A stretch of DNA of 63,097 bases, filler included, from Octopus bimaculoides (GCF_001194135.2; 8 parts of 7 records of this genome joined end to end with filler, not necessarily neighbours in it); one strand, 5' to 3'; shown: positions 1 to 13,384, numbered from the whole stretch's first letter. Program-made: numbers and translations. Notes: generated by a model not told the origin, from the letters alone.

Positions 1-32
<32 letters not shown>

Positions 33-597
33 ATATATCATACATACATGTACATACATACATATACCTGTTATATATATATGGGCACAGGACGTCACAA
101 AACGTAAACAGCACGAAATACGAAGATAAACTTGGGTATACAAACGACGGGAGAAGCATATGGAAGACAAGACAAGTAACATAAAGAACGACCCTTCATC
201 ATTTATCGGCTCTCCAGCTACTCCTCATTTCGAGCATTTCACACAAGCGCGCGCGCATATAGGCGACTGCATTAAAACTAACTTTTGACAGCGGAGATGA
301 TAGCTTTAATGGTGATAACCGGAAGTAAACATTCACTATTAAAATTAAATATTATTTCTACTGTAAGAACAGCGTTGGTTCCCTCACGCAGAGCGTGTAT
401 AGTGTACCGACAGCAAAAATCCCATTAAACAAGTATTTATTCATATACAAAATGCATACACAAACACATACACACAAACACATACATGTATATATACATG
501 TGTAAATATATGCACATGCATATATACGTACGCGTATATATCTCAACATAGGCAAACCTACAGACGTATTCACACAGACATACACACACAGGCACGT

Positions 598-629
<32 letters not shown>

Positions 630-1939
630 NNNNNNNNNNNNNNNNNNNNNNNNNNNNNNNNNNNNNNNNNNNNNNNNNNNNNNNNNNNNNNNNNNNNNNN
701 NNNNNNNNNNNNNNNNNNNNNNNNNNNNNNNNNNNNNNNNNNNNNNNNNNNNNNNNNNNNNNNNNNNNNNNNNNNNNNNNNNNNNNNNNNNNNNNNNNNN
801 NNNNNNNNNNNNNNNNNNNNNNNNNNNNNNNNNNNNNNNNNNNNNNNNNNNNNNNNNNNNNNNNNNNNNNNNNNNNNNNNNNNNNNNNNNNNNNNNNNNN
901 NNNNNNNNNNNNNNNNNNNNNNNNNNNNNNNNNNNNNNNNNNNNNNNNNNNNNNNNNNNNNNNNNNNNNNNNNNNNNNNNNNNNNNNNNNNNNNNNNNNN
1001 NNNNNNNNNNNNNNNNNNNNNNNNNNNNNNNNNNNNNNNNNNNNNNNNNNNNNNNNNNNNNNNNNNNNNNNNNNNNNNNNNNNNNNNNNNNNNNNNNNNN
1101 NNNNNNNNNNNNNNNNNNNNNNNNNNNNNNNNNNNNNNNNNNNNNNNNNNNNNNNNNNNNNNNNNNNNNNNNNNNNNNNNNNNNNNNNNNNNNNNNNNNN
1201 NNNNNNNNNNNNNNNNNNNNNNNNNNNNNNNNNNNNNNNNNNNNNNNNNNNNNNNNNNNTTTGTATATGTATGTATGCATATGTGTGTGTTTGTGTTGTG
1301 TGTGTATGTATGAGTATATGTATATATCTACAATATATATATGTACATATATATACACACACACACATATACATCCATACACATATATTGTACATATATA
1401 CCGATATAAATATACGTATTACACAATTACACAAAAGTAAGCACTTTTATGCATTTGTATGCGCATATCATATCTAGTTGTATATATCTTTATAGATATC
1501 ACTCAGTTTATGATCAACATGCATGTGTGTGTGTGTGTGTATAAGCGGTAGAATAGCGAGCTGGCTTTAACATCCAACTTTTCTTCTCAATGATGATGAG
1601 ATGAGAAATTGCTTAAAAGCCTTCTTGTTTACGTGTGGCATTCGTCGGTCGTCTGTTGCTAAGTTACTTCTCACTGGCAAGAAATTTCCAATTAACGTTC
1701 ACTATGGAATCTATTTGTATTCCATTTAAAAATGCTGTCTTTGATGGAATCCACACGTCTCCCGTGTGTATGTGTACGAAAGAGGGAAACAGAGAGAGTT
1801 TGTTTGGATGTCTCTGTGTGTAAGTGTAAAAGTAATACGTGAGCCTCTCTAGACAACTACACTGCAGAGTGGATGGATTTATGAATACACAAACACATAT
1901 ACATTGATGCGCCAGCACACAATCACCTCTATACTTCCC

Positions 1940-2010
<71 letters not shown>

Positions 2011-2821
2011 CACACACACTGGTGTGATTAACGTCCGTTTCCTTTCTGCTGATTTCTTGTGTTGGAAATGTGGATGCCAGTACCAAACATCATCAATTCT
2101 AAGTGTTTAAATTGATGTATCCAAACATATTGTTCGTAAAGACTGCAGCGCTTTATCTATCTATCTATCTATCTGTTGTTTGTCTGTCTATCTATATCTA
2201 TTTGTCTATCTATCCAGCTAGCAATCTATCTTTCTCTCTCTCTCAGTGTATATATATATATATATATCANNNNNNNNNNNNNNNNNNNNNNNNNNNNNNN
2301 NNNNNNNNNNNNNNNNNNNNNNNNNNNNNNNNNNNNNNNNNNNNNNNNNNNNNNNNNNNNNNNNNNNNNNNNNNNNNNNNNNNNNNNNNNNNNNNNNNNN
2401 NNNNNNNNNNNNNNNNNNNNNNNNNNNNNNNNNNNNNNNNNNNNNNNNNNNNNNNNNNNNNNNNNNNNNNNNNNNNNNNNNNNNNNNNNNNNNNNNNNNN
2501 NNNNNNNNNNNNNNNNNNNNNNNNNNNNNNNNNNNNNNNNNNNNNNNNNNNNNNNNNNNNNNNNNNNNNNNNNNNNNNNNNNNNNNNNNNNNNNNNNNNN
2601 NNNNNNNNNNNNNNNNNNNNNNNNNNNNNNNNNNNNNNNNNNNNNNNNNNNNNNNNNNNNNNNNNNNNNNNNNNNNNNNNNNNNNNNNNNNNNNNNNNNN
2701 NNNNNNNNNNNNNNNNNNNNNNNNNNNNNNNNNNNNNNNNNNNNNNNNNNNNNNNNNNNATTTGTCCCATCTTCATTGAGCCCTGTGTGGCTAATAAAAG
2801 AAATGTATCTCTTTCTCTCTT

Positions 2822-2888
<67 letters not shown>

Positions 2889-3664
2889 GTATAAAAGATA
2901 ATAAGAGTGAAAAAACTACAGAAGGCTTGTGTTACATGGTTAAAGTATATATTATGTCAGAAAAATGTTAGAAAATCTTTTTGGTATATAAACATTGTAT
3001 TTTGAGAAATAACCGGTTTCGTGTTATATATATCTTCTGTCTCTCTATCTCTCTCTATATATATATCTATCTACCTACCTACCTGTATATGTATCTAAAT
3101 ATCCATCTATTTATCTAAGCATACTGACTTCTGCCCGTGGAATGTTTTTCCAGGATCACAGAGGCCGAAATTTTAGAATACGATATCCATGTCCAGCATT
3201 CCTGTCAATACCCATAACAAATATGCATAATGAAAATCCGTATCGATTCATGAATCAGAATAAATAGAAGAAACTATGAAAAACCGTAAAGCACCAAACC
3301 TGTTGAAATATTTTGCAGGTCCAAATAATGAAAAAAAGATTACTGAAAAAGAAAGCCGTCCCCGAGTAACGAAACATCAAACCACCGAAATCCCACTCAT
3401 ATCCTACAATATATATGCAACATCTCGTGCAGCCAATTGTCCAGCACTGAGGAAGGGTAAGACACTGAAACCACTTCTGGTCTACCGGTCTTGCCACGCT
3501 GGAGGGGAGTGGTTTGTTTCCTTACTCGCAACGTATCGGACACAGGTTGTGTGTCGTTAACCAGTGAGAAGGGATGATTTCCTGAGGTTAAAATGTAGGC
3601 GCAGGAGTGGCTGCGTGGTAAGTAGCTTGCTTACCAACCACGTGGTTCCGGGTTCAGTCCCACT

Positions 3665-3764
3665 NNNNNNNNNNNNNNNNNNNNNNNNNNNNNNNNNNNN
3701 NNNNNNNNTTAATTAATTAANNNNNNNNNNNNNNNNNNNNNNNNNNNNNNNNNNNNNNNNNNNN
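3665..3764. other. Artificial assembly spacer N44-TTAATTAATTAA-N44
   Basis: Identical 100-bp structure seven times; 12-mer at 3709, 26367, 44601, 46590, 53554, 58035 and 60551. Confidence 0.97.
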
Positions 3765-4295
3765 TATATATATATATATATATATGCTTATGTATATGTG
3801 CATGTATACAGGGTGGCCCAAAAGTAGGTTTACAGTTATTCAACTATCTCTTTCGCATTCATATATTAACAGTTTAGATCATCTTAATTATAAAAAAATA
3901 TGAAATCATTATTCTATGCTAATTTAGTTAATTTTGTCCAGCTCCCTTTTCGGTTTGTAAGATGGAAATTTAAATGTAATAAAATGTTTTAAATGTAATT
4001 TAAAGTGCTTACATGATAACTATATATATACATATATATGTGTGTATATATATATATTATATCTTTATAGATGCATGTATGTAACCTGCTTGTATGTATA
4101 TAAACATACAATCATTATAATATATGCAAATATTTATAGGATAATTGTTTATATTCATACTCTGTTATTGAATTTAAATATCATTTGATATGCATAATTT
4201 CAGTTTTTATATCTAATTTATAAATGATAATATACAGTTTCAAGAAACACACATTACATCTGTATATCAAACACAATACAAAGGCATATATAATA

Positions 4296-4344
<49 letters not shown>

Positions 4345-4397
4345 TAATATAAATATATGTGTGTGTGTGTGTGTGTGTGTGTATTCACACACACATA

Positions 4398-4739
4398 TTC
4401 TTTTACTTGTTTCAGTCATTCGACAGTGGCCATGCTGGAGTACCACCTTAAGTCAATCTAATTGACCCCATGACTTATTCTTTGTAAGCCTAGTACTTAT
4501 TCTGTCGGTTGTCAAGTGATGGTGGGGGGACAAACACAGATACACTAACGCACACACACAAACACACACATATACGATAGGCTTCTTTCAGTTTTCCGTC
4601 TACTAAATCCACTGACAAGGATTTGGTCAGCCCAAGGCTATTGTAGAAGACACCTGTCCAAGGTGCCACTCATTGAGACTGAACCTAGAACTATGTGGTT
4701 TGTAAGCAAGCTACTTACCACACAGCCACTTCTGTGCCT
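4398..4739 (-). mobile_element. SINE family A (tRNA-like head, internal microsatellite), near full length
   Basis: Reverse complement of head AGTGGCTGTGTGGTAAGTAGCTTGCTT and tail ATGACTGAAACAAGTAAAAGA. A head-only piece is at 3598-3664 (+). Confidence 0.85.
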
Positions 4740-5491
4740 ATATACATATATACGTATATATGTAAATGTTTGTGTGTGTGAGTGTGTGCATGCGTGCATT
4801 ATGGGATATGATACATAAAGGTATATAAATATATAAACACAATATAATAAGCACTGGTTAAAATGTAGTTTATATATGTATCTATCTATATGTATTTGTA
4901 AACATGACTTCCAGGCGTTTTAGCATCAGGGGAAATGATGAGAACATATTCTCTTACACCTGTAATCACAGCCTCGCCATGAACTGGCAAAACACATACT
5001 TTGTATATGTCTTCGATATTGTTGATATATATATATATATATATATATATAATGTGTGGGTGTGTGTGTGTGTATATAAATAAATCTGTGTGAATATGTG
5101 TATTTGTATGTATATATATATCTGTTAGATGTTTTCCTTTTTTATCTAAATATATGCTTAGCAATGAGTTTATTTTATGTATTCTAAATATATCTTCATA
5201 AAAGATTTATACTAAATTTAAAATATGGAAGTTCTTTCATATTCCAGTTTATATATCAATGTTACATAAATTAGTAACTATGCATATCAGATTATTATTA
5301 TTCTTTTTTCTCTTTTTTTTTTTTTTTCATCAAATGTCTCAATAATTTCCATCTTTCAGCCATAAATACAGTGATATGCGGAAGTTTGGAACATTAAGCA
5401 AATTACTTTGCATGGGGTCTGAAGTGTGTTGTAATTCATACATCGCAATCAAAGAATGAGATATACATAAATAAATATACATATATGTATA

Positions 5492-5564
<73 letters not shown>

Positions 5565-6246
5565 ACACATATGAAAGATCTCTAAAGTAGTTTACCATAT
5601 GCCAGCTTAGGGAGAGTTTCATAAGTTATTTGTGAGAAGGGGGATGGCTGTGATGATATTGAAATACTGACAGTTTTTGATTAGTTCCAAAGTGCTATGA
5701 AAAGGCAGATGAATAGCTGAACTAATTTGAGGATTAATTAAAATGATTATGATTAATTAAATTTATTTAATCAAAGCATTACTTACGTACATTTATGGTT
5801 ATATTTTGAAGTAGGTGTTGTTTTAAGTGTTAATTTTAAGTTTTAATATGACCAGTAAAGCTACAAGCTGGCAGAAGCATTGCTGCTGTGGTAAAAAAAT
5901 GTTTAGCATCATTTCATCCATCTCTATGTTCTGAGTTCAAATTCCACCAAGATCAACTTTGCCTTTCATCCTTGTGGGGGTCAATGAAATAGGTACCAGT
6001 TAACCACTGCAGTTGATGTAACTGACTTGGACTTTCTCTCAAAATTGCAGGCTTTGTGCCAAAATTTAAACCAGTATGACTAGTATGTATAATACTATCA
6101 TAAAACAATATACATGAAATAAAGTGAGGAAAATGCTGCTTTACAAACATATTCCCACTGTTTCGGTATCAAAACATAGTGATTATAGAATTAGTGACAA
6201 AGAATCAGAGAATTAGATTGAGCATTACGTATCCTTGCTGCATATA

Positions 6247-6560
6247 TATCAAGTCGTTAAGAATGTAATGTCTGATTTTGAACTGAAAGTTTATTTTACT
6301 TTATCTCAACAAAAAGCAATGCATTTAATCAAAATATGCACCTAAATCATCAACACAATTTTGCCATTTTATTGGTAGCTTTTTTATACTAATAGCAAAG
6401 AATTCTGGAGCGCAAGAAGTGATAAAACCACGAAAGGCTGTTTTTGAATCTTCTTCAGATTTGAAGTTTTTTCCTTGCAAAAAGTTGTCTAATGCCTGGG
6501 AAACATGATAATGAGTTGGTGCAAGGTCTGGTGAATATGGTGAAGATGTTAGATGTATCG
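6247..6560 (-). mobile_element. Mariner transposase C-terminal fragment with terminal repeat
   Basis: PYSPDLAP...IKKLPIKWQNCVDDLGAYFD* (stop at 6325), followed by a TA-flanked TIR-like end near 6247. Confidence 0.85.
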
Positions 6561-7328
6561 AAACAATTGTCATGATTAACAATAAATTCTTGTATATTCC
6601 ATTATATACATATATACATGTGTATATGCATATGTATATGTGTGTATATATATATATAAATATATATATTTGTATATATATATGTATATATGTATGCATA
6701 TGTAATTAAGCAAAATGCCTACAGTTATAAGCAAACAAATAATCATGCCATAATTCAATGAAGTAACTTTACACAATTACTAGCTTAATTACAAGATTTC
6801 ATGCATAACCTCTTCAAAGATGTGACAGTATATAACTTATTGGAAACAGTAACTATTCCTCTATAAGACATAGATATATGATTTGGTTCAACCCACCATA
6901 GAGCAAGAAAAGCTGTGGCCAGTGTAACTAAGCAGTTGTTCTACTTAATCAATAATAACTTCCATAAAGACAACACTTGTCGTAGATTACACATCGCACG
7001 CAATAAAATGTTAGTTATGCTCCAAATTCGTCTTTTAAATAAAATAATTTCTGGGATTAACAACAGAAGCTTTCATAATATTGGTCCTCAAATTTTGGCA
7101 GATGACCAGCAATGTCAAGGGAGGGAATAAGTCAATTGCATCGACACTAGTACTGTAGGCACAAGGCCAGAAAGTTTGGGTCAGGGGTTAGTCAATTACA
7201 TCAACCCAGTGTTTGATTGGTACTTATCTTATCGACTCTGAAAGGATGAAAGGCAAAGTTGAGCTTGGCAGAGTTTGAACCCAGAACATAAAAATGGAGG
7301 AAATCTTGCTAAGTATTTTGCTTGGCAT

Positions 7329-7642
7329 ACTCTTTTACTTGTTTCAGTCATTTGACTGCAGCCATGCTGGAGCACCGCCTTTAGTCGAGCAAATCGACCT
7401 CAGGACTTATTCTTTGTAAGCCTAGTACTTATTCTATCAGTCTCTTTTGCCGAACCGCTAAGTTACGGGGACGTTAACACACCAGCATCGGTTGTCAAGC
7501 GGTGTTGGGGGGACAAACACAGACACACATATACATATACATATATACGACGGTCTTCTTTCAGTTTCCGTCTACCAAATCCACTCACAAGGCTTTGGTC
7601 GGCCCGAGGCTATAGTAGAAGACACTTGCCCAAAGTGCCACG
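7329..7642 (-). mobile_element. SINE family A, 5'-truncated
   Basis: High identity to other copies; head missing. Confidence 0.85.
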
Positions 7643-8473
7643 TTGCCATCTTAGAAGCTGTCACAATCTAGAAAAGGTGAATGAAGTTGGTGTAAACACA
7701 AATTTATGTCTCCTGTAAAACCAGTGTTTAAATGACTGACTAAAATGATGGTAGTTGTGTATCTTATATCAACTCAAATGAAAACACATTTAATACCAGA
7801 TTATACCAGTACATGAGGTTTTCTCAAACACTGCTCCACAGGAGACACTACATCACTGTTGAAGCACATTGCATAGTGTATCTTGAACGGAGCTACACCA
7901 TACAATTTATGTTTGACTGAGAAATATCTTATTTTGAAACTACTGCACCAATAATGAACAGAAAAGCAGAGCTAAGTTCAACTTGCAGACACAGAGTAAC
8001 ATTTTAATGCCTTTTTGTGGGACAACAAGCAAAACACTAGTAAAGTGAGACATCCTGTGTCACAGTGCCGTCTTATATTTTGGTACAAGATCTATGGCAA
8101 ATTTCTGTTGAAAATAGCTGTCCAAAATTTTAGATATTAGCAGGAAGCCATCTTAAATTAATGCCTATATGAACTATATGTGTTTATCTTGGTGCATGCA
8201 TATGTTTGTCAGTATATATGTATGTTTGTATGTATTTGTATGTGAGTGTATATGCATGATATGTGTGTGTATAATATGTGTATGTCTATAGGTACATTTG
8301 ATATAAGCCGGATATTTGATAAGAATGAAGAATGTAATGTTTAGAGAAAATGATACTACATGTTGACTATATTTAAAAAGGATAAAATGATAAATATATC
8401 CAGATGATATATATTATATCATTTGGATAACGTACAAATCATATTGTGTGTATATACATATGTGTGTGTGTGT

Positions 8474-8543
<70 letters not shown>

Positions 8544-8989
8544 CACATATTCTTTTATAGCATACACATAAGAGAAATAAAATGACATAATACACATATC
8601 TTAAAATTTGATATGCATGCACCCACACATGTGTATGTATGTATATATGTATGTATGTATATATGTATGTATGTATTGGCAGATTTATCAAAGCTAAAAG
8701 GGATGTTTCATCAAAAACATTCCATTTCTGTGAATCAGATAAAGGAATAAGCATACTTTTTGTTTAGATATCAGCCACCTTTCTTTTAAGTACATGAAAA
8801 TTATTGATCAAATTACATTGCTATCATCTTTCCTAAGTTAGCTACTCAACGGAAACCCGTCAGATGGACTGTTTCTACCCTTAACTAATATGCTTAACCC
8901 TTTTGATACCAACCTACCTGAGATCTTCCCTAATTCTGTGGTACAAATTCCTTGTTTTCAAGTAATTTAACATAAAATTATAAAACTTT

Positions 8990-9235
8990 AACAATTGCAG
9001 CGTGGAAGGTGTTTATAAGCCATTTAAAATAACACACAAAGACCGTTAGATTCACTTCAACATTTAAATTTAATTTGTCAAAATATTTTCGTCACTTTGA
9101 GACCACGACCTGTTCACTGACGTCTCAAAGCGACGAAAACATTTTGACAAATTAAATTTAAATGTTGAAGTGAATCTAACGGTCTTTGTGTGTTATTTTA
9201 AATGGCTTATAAACACCTTCCACGCTGCAATTGTT
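8990..9235. repeat. Inverted repeat, 114-bp arms, 18-nt loop
   Basis: 8990-9103 pairs with 9122-9235 with two mismatches. Confidence 0.95.
9077..9121 (-). ncRNA. Minimal type I hammerhead ribozyme, G3:C8 variant
   Basis: GTCA-GTGAACA-G-GTCG(11 nt)TGAC-GAAA-ATAT-T-T-TGAC: stems I and II pair and stem III is the palindrome AATATT. Confidence 0.65.
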
Positions 9236-9384
9236 TTTGTTCCAGCACATGATCTCAGATCAGGTCACTTGCTATGCAAGTACATCTCTATAAAACTTTA
9301 CATAAAAATTTTATGTTTATTTCTTCCAAACATTGCATCAACTTAATAATACAATTATTTTACTAAATTCTTCATTATTTTCCA

Positions 9385-9697
9385 TGTGGCTTCGTAGTTA
9401 GAGTAATCAGCTCATGATTGTAAGGTTGTGAGTTCGATTTCCAGTGGTGCATTGTGTTCTTAAGCAAGACACTTTATTTTACGTTGCTCCAGTCCACTCA
9501 ACTAGCAAAAATGAGTAGTACCTGTATTTGAAAGGGCCAGCCATGTCACATTCTGTGTCTCACTGAATCTTCCTGGGAAATACATTAAGGGTACGCATTT
9601 CTGTGGAGTTCTCAGCCATTGGCGCATTAATTCACGAGCAGGTTGTTCCGTTGATCAGATCAACTGGAACCCGCATCTCCGTAACTGGCAGAGCGCA
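9385..9697 (+). mobile_element. SINE family C, second tail type
   Basis: Same head and core, different tail; the tail is shared with 61015-61228 (-). Confidence 0.8.
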
Positions 9698-10261
9698 AAT
9701 TTAATTGAAACAAAGTCAATGCATTTCAAAAGAAATATGATAACGAAATGGTTAAACCATTCCTCAATGCAACATTCCCATCTGGCCCTCTTCCTTAGTT
9801 CTGCAATTTCACACTATGTTTTCAGTTTGGTAATAATCCATGAGGAGTGTTTCTTCTCTTCTTTCCCTTTCTTACTGACATTATCAGAAATTTCACCAAA
9901 AACCTTCCGTATTGTCCTTTCTACTCTGAAATAAACAACATATTTTGAAATGGATTTTATATGATGATCTGATCAACTGTGTTAAGTGACAATTTCTAAT
10001 TAGAAGTTCTTATGCATTAGCCCTATATTAAAATTAATATTAGTTTCCAATTTTGGATCAAGACCAACAAGCTTTGGAGTGAGGTGTGAATTGATTACAT
10101 AAACTCAAGTATACAACTGGTACTTATTTTATCAACTCTAAAAGAATAGAAGGCTAAGTCAACCTCAGTGGAATTTGAACTCGGAATATAAAAAGGGATG
10201 AAAATCTGATAAGCACATCGCTTGGCTTGCTAACAATTCTGCCAGCTTGACACCTTATCTT

Positions 10262-10538
10262 TTCAGTTCTATATTTAAGAGATGAGGAATTATGTACACT
10301 ATTTACATTATTCACATTTGATAGATATTTTTCCTCATCTTGTTTCTTGTTAAAACAACGTTTCGGCTGATATACCCGCCAGCCTTCATCAAATGTCTTG
10401 GAGAAATTTCGAACCTGGGTTCTCATTCCTAAGGTATTTTTTGATATTGTTATCATTATTATTGAGGTCACTGCCTGGAATCGAAATTGGAATCTTGGTC
10501 TTAGTAGCCTGCACTCTTAACCACTACGCCATATGTCC
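10262..10538 (-). mobile_element. tRNA-headed SINE-like element carrying a hammerhead ribozyme motif
   Basis: A box TGGCGTAGTGG and degenerate B box TTTCGATTCC, an (AAT)n linker, a hammerhead at 10352-10398, and a 3' hairpin AGATGAGGAA/TTCCTCATCT. Confidence 0.75.
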
Positions 10539-11258
10539 GTGGGCAATTATGGAGGGAATTTTAGGGCTTATAAATCTAAAATTTTCCTATCCTTCCTTAA
10601 TACTGGTTCCCATATGCTATTCATATCTGCATTCAGTATGCTTAGGAGGTTGTTGTGTCCTAGTATATATGTTGCTTCTTTTAGTTTTCGTATTTTCCAG
10701 TGGTGTTCTCTATCTATTATTTTAACTTCATCTCACAGGGGGAGGAGGTCTCCATTTTTCCATACATGATCAGCTATACTCAATTTATCAATATCTCCTC
10801 GTGTCACAGCTTTGCGATGTTCCTCTACCCTTATATTGAGGGGCCAGCATGGTGGGGCACTGCTTCAAAGATATTTTTTAGTCCAATGAATAGACCACAG
10901 TATTTAATAGTTTGAAGCCTTGTACTTATTCTGTTAGCCTATTTTGCTGAACTGCTAAGTTACAGAGACGTGAACATACTTACACCCTATACTACAGTGA
11001 GACTACTATGACCTAACTGAAGGCTTGGCAACTGATGATATTCAACCCATCATTAAAACAAACATATATTTCTTCATTGCACAAGCATCTGCTATTGGTA
11101 TTAAACCTATATCATGTATATATCATCATCATCATCATCATCATCATCATTTAACATCCATTTTCCATACTGGCATGGGTTAGATGATTTAATAGGAGCT
11201 GATAAAGCCACAGGACTGTGCCAAGTTCCAATGTCTGCAAACCACTTCACAGTATACA

Positions 11259-12460
11259 CAGGGGTTGAACAAAATAATGGAAACACCTTGAAATCTCAAA
11301 CAAATTAATTTTAATATGAGGCAGGACAGCCTTTGGCAGTAATTACAGCTTGAATTCTACGAGGTATGGACTAGTACAAAGTTTGAATTGTTTCCAAAGG
11401 AATTTTTGTCTATTCTTCAGCTAAAACAGTCTTCAGTTCTTGTAGTAATGATGGTGGAGGATATCAACTCCTAACTTGTTTTTCTAAAATGCACCATAAA
11501 TGTTCAATAATACTGAGATCTGGGGACTGTGGTGGCCAGATAAGATGTTCAACTTCACTAGAATGTTCCTCATACCATTCAGTAATAACTTTAGCTGTGT
11601 GAATTGATGCATTATCATCCTGAAAGATTGCGTTTCCCCTCAGAAACAGTTCTGCAACCATAGGATGAATTTGATCAGATAAAATGCTTAAATAGTCTTG
11701 ACTATTAATTCTGCCATGAAGGGATTTCCAAGATATANNNNNNNNNNNNNNNNNNNNNNNNNNNNNNNNNNNNNNNNNNNNNNNNNNNNNNNNNNNNNNN
11801 NNNNNNNNNNNNNNNNNNNNNNNNNNNNNNNNNNNNNNNNNNNNNNNNNNNNNNNNNNNNNNNNNNNNNNNNNNNNNNNNNNNNNNNNNNNNNNNNNNNN
11901 NNNNNNNNNNNNNNNNNNNNNNNNNNNNNNNNNNNNNNNNNNNNNNNNNNNNNNNNNNNNNNNNNNNNNNNNNNNNNNNNNNNNNNNNNNNNNNNNNNNG
12001 CATACTTGGCCGGTGGTTGGAAAAAAGGTAAAGGTTGACTCGTCTGAGAAAATAACATTCTCCCTCTTCTCTAGGGACCAATTGTGTAGGTTTTCACTCC
12101 ACTCTAAACACTTTGCAATGTTTGTTTTTGAAAGTAGTGGTTTTCTGATTGCAGCTCTTCCGTGAAATCAAGCTTTGTGTGGCTCTTGGTGAACAGTTTT
12201 TGTGAAAACTGGGTTCTCAAGGTGGTCATTAAGCTCTGCAGTAATTTTGGGAGCTGTACTTTTGTGATCCTTTCAAACAATTCACGTAAGAGTCCGATGG
12301 TCTCTATCTGAAAGTTTTGGTTTTCTTCCAGAGTTTTGTTTGGATGAAAAGGTTTTCGCCTCTTTCTCAAAGGCTGTCATTACTTTTGAGACAATACTTA
12401 ATGCACCAAATATTTCAGTTGTTTTCATTACGCTAGCGCTTGACATACGAGCACCAACAC
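11259..12460 (-). mobile_element. Decayed Tc1-family DNA transposon (transposase pseudogene)
   Basis: Minus-strand translation gives SGRKPKLS, VIFSDES, IFQDDNASIH and WPPQSPDLSIIEHLW, with several in-frame stops. TIR-like end CAGGGGTTGAACAAAATAATGGAAACACC at 11259. The 5' end is replaced by a SINE and there is a gap inside. Confidence 0.9.
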
Positions 12461-12834
12461 CTTAAGGGGTATTTTAGTCGTAGAAATCGACTCCAGGACT
12501 TATTCTTTATAAGCCTAGTACTTATTGCATCAGTCTCTTTTTAACAAGCTGGTAAGTTACAGGGATATAAACATACCAACATCAAATGTCAAGTGATGGC
12601 GGGAGGGACCAAACACAGAAACAAAGACACATAAATATATAAATAAATACTATATATTTATATAAGTATATATACGACAGGCTTCTTTCAGTTTCCATCT
12701 ACCATATCCACTCATAAGGCTTTGGTTGTCCCGAGGCTACAGTACAAGACACTTACCCAAGATGTCATGCAGTGGGACTGAACCCGGAACCATGAGATTG
12801 GGAAGCAAGTTCCTTACCACACAGCCACGCCTGC

Positions 12835-12835
<1 letters not shown>
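12458..12835 (-). mobile_element. SINE family A
   Basis: Head, body and internal TA-rich tract; abuts the Tc1 fragment. Confidence 0.8.
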
Positions 12836-12880
<45 letters not shown>

Positions 12881-13384
12881 GTATATATATGTATATGTAT
12901 ATGTATATATAAATGGAGAAAACTTAATTAACAAACAAATCGACCAACATCGGTTGATTATTTTTTAATTCAAAACACGACGTAACATTTCTTACTGCTG
13001 TTTCCGCCCCCAATGTTAGTCGGTGCTTACGAAAAAAATCCCGAAAATAATATTCGTCATCTTCATAGCACACAGAATGAATACAAATGCATGTAATAAA
13101 ATAAACGAAGGGAGGAGTAAAGAGGAAAGAACACGGCCTTGAGATGAGGCCAGAAGGCTCAATAAATTAGAATCGTACCATCATGCAGCGTGGAGCTTTA
13201 TGTCGATTGGTAAAAGATTGAATTAGCAGTAATCTAAGGAAATATTTATGGATTATTGCTATATAAAGGGAACCAGGGTGAGTAAATAGTAGTGAAATGA
13301 AGCTAGTACTAAAATAAGACAGAAATTACCAATACATCTATAAAAAGAATAGTACTTATGATATCGTGAATAGGGCTAACTAAC

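Noticed and set aside
3709-3720. Conserved PacI-like regulatory motif TTAATTAATTAA
   Set aside because: It is always centred in exactly 44+44 Ns, so it is an assembly artefact.
3809-3840. TA-CAGGGTGGCCCAAAAG Tc1/mariner-like terminus
   Set aside because: No partner TIR or transposase was found in the window.
4890-5450. Small exons near 4.9 kb and 5.4 kb, and similar ones at 37.5 kb and 54.0 kb
   Set aside because: Splice-like signals exist but there are no recognisable domains and phases or strands are inconsistent; not supportable without RNA data.
8894-8980. TTAA-CCCTTT piggyBac-like terminus
   Set aside because: Only one end is visible, so it cannot be delimited.
10465-10538. Genuine tRNA gene
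   Set aside because: The anticodon and T stems do not pair well and there is no acceptor 3' strand or T-run terminator; it is a SINE head. The same applies to the heads of families A, B and C.
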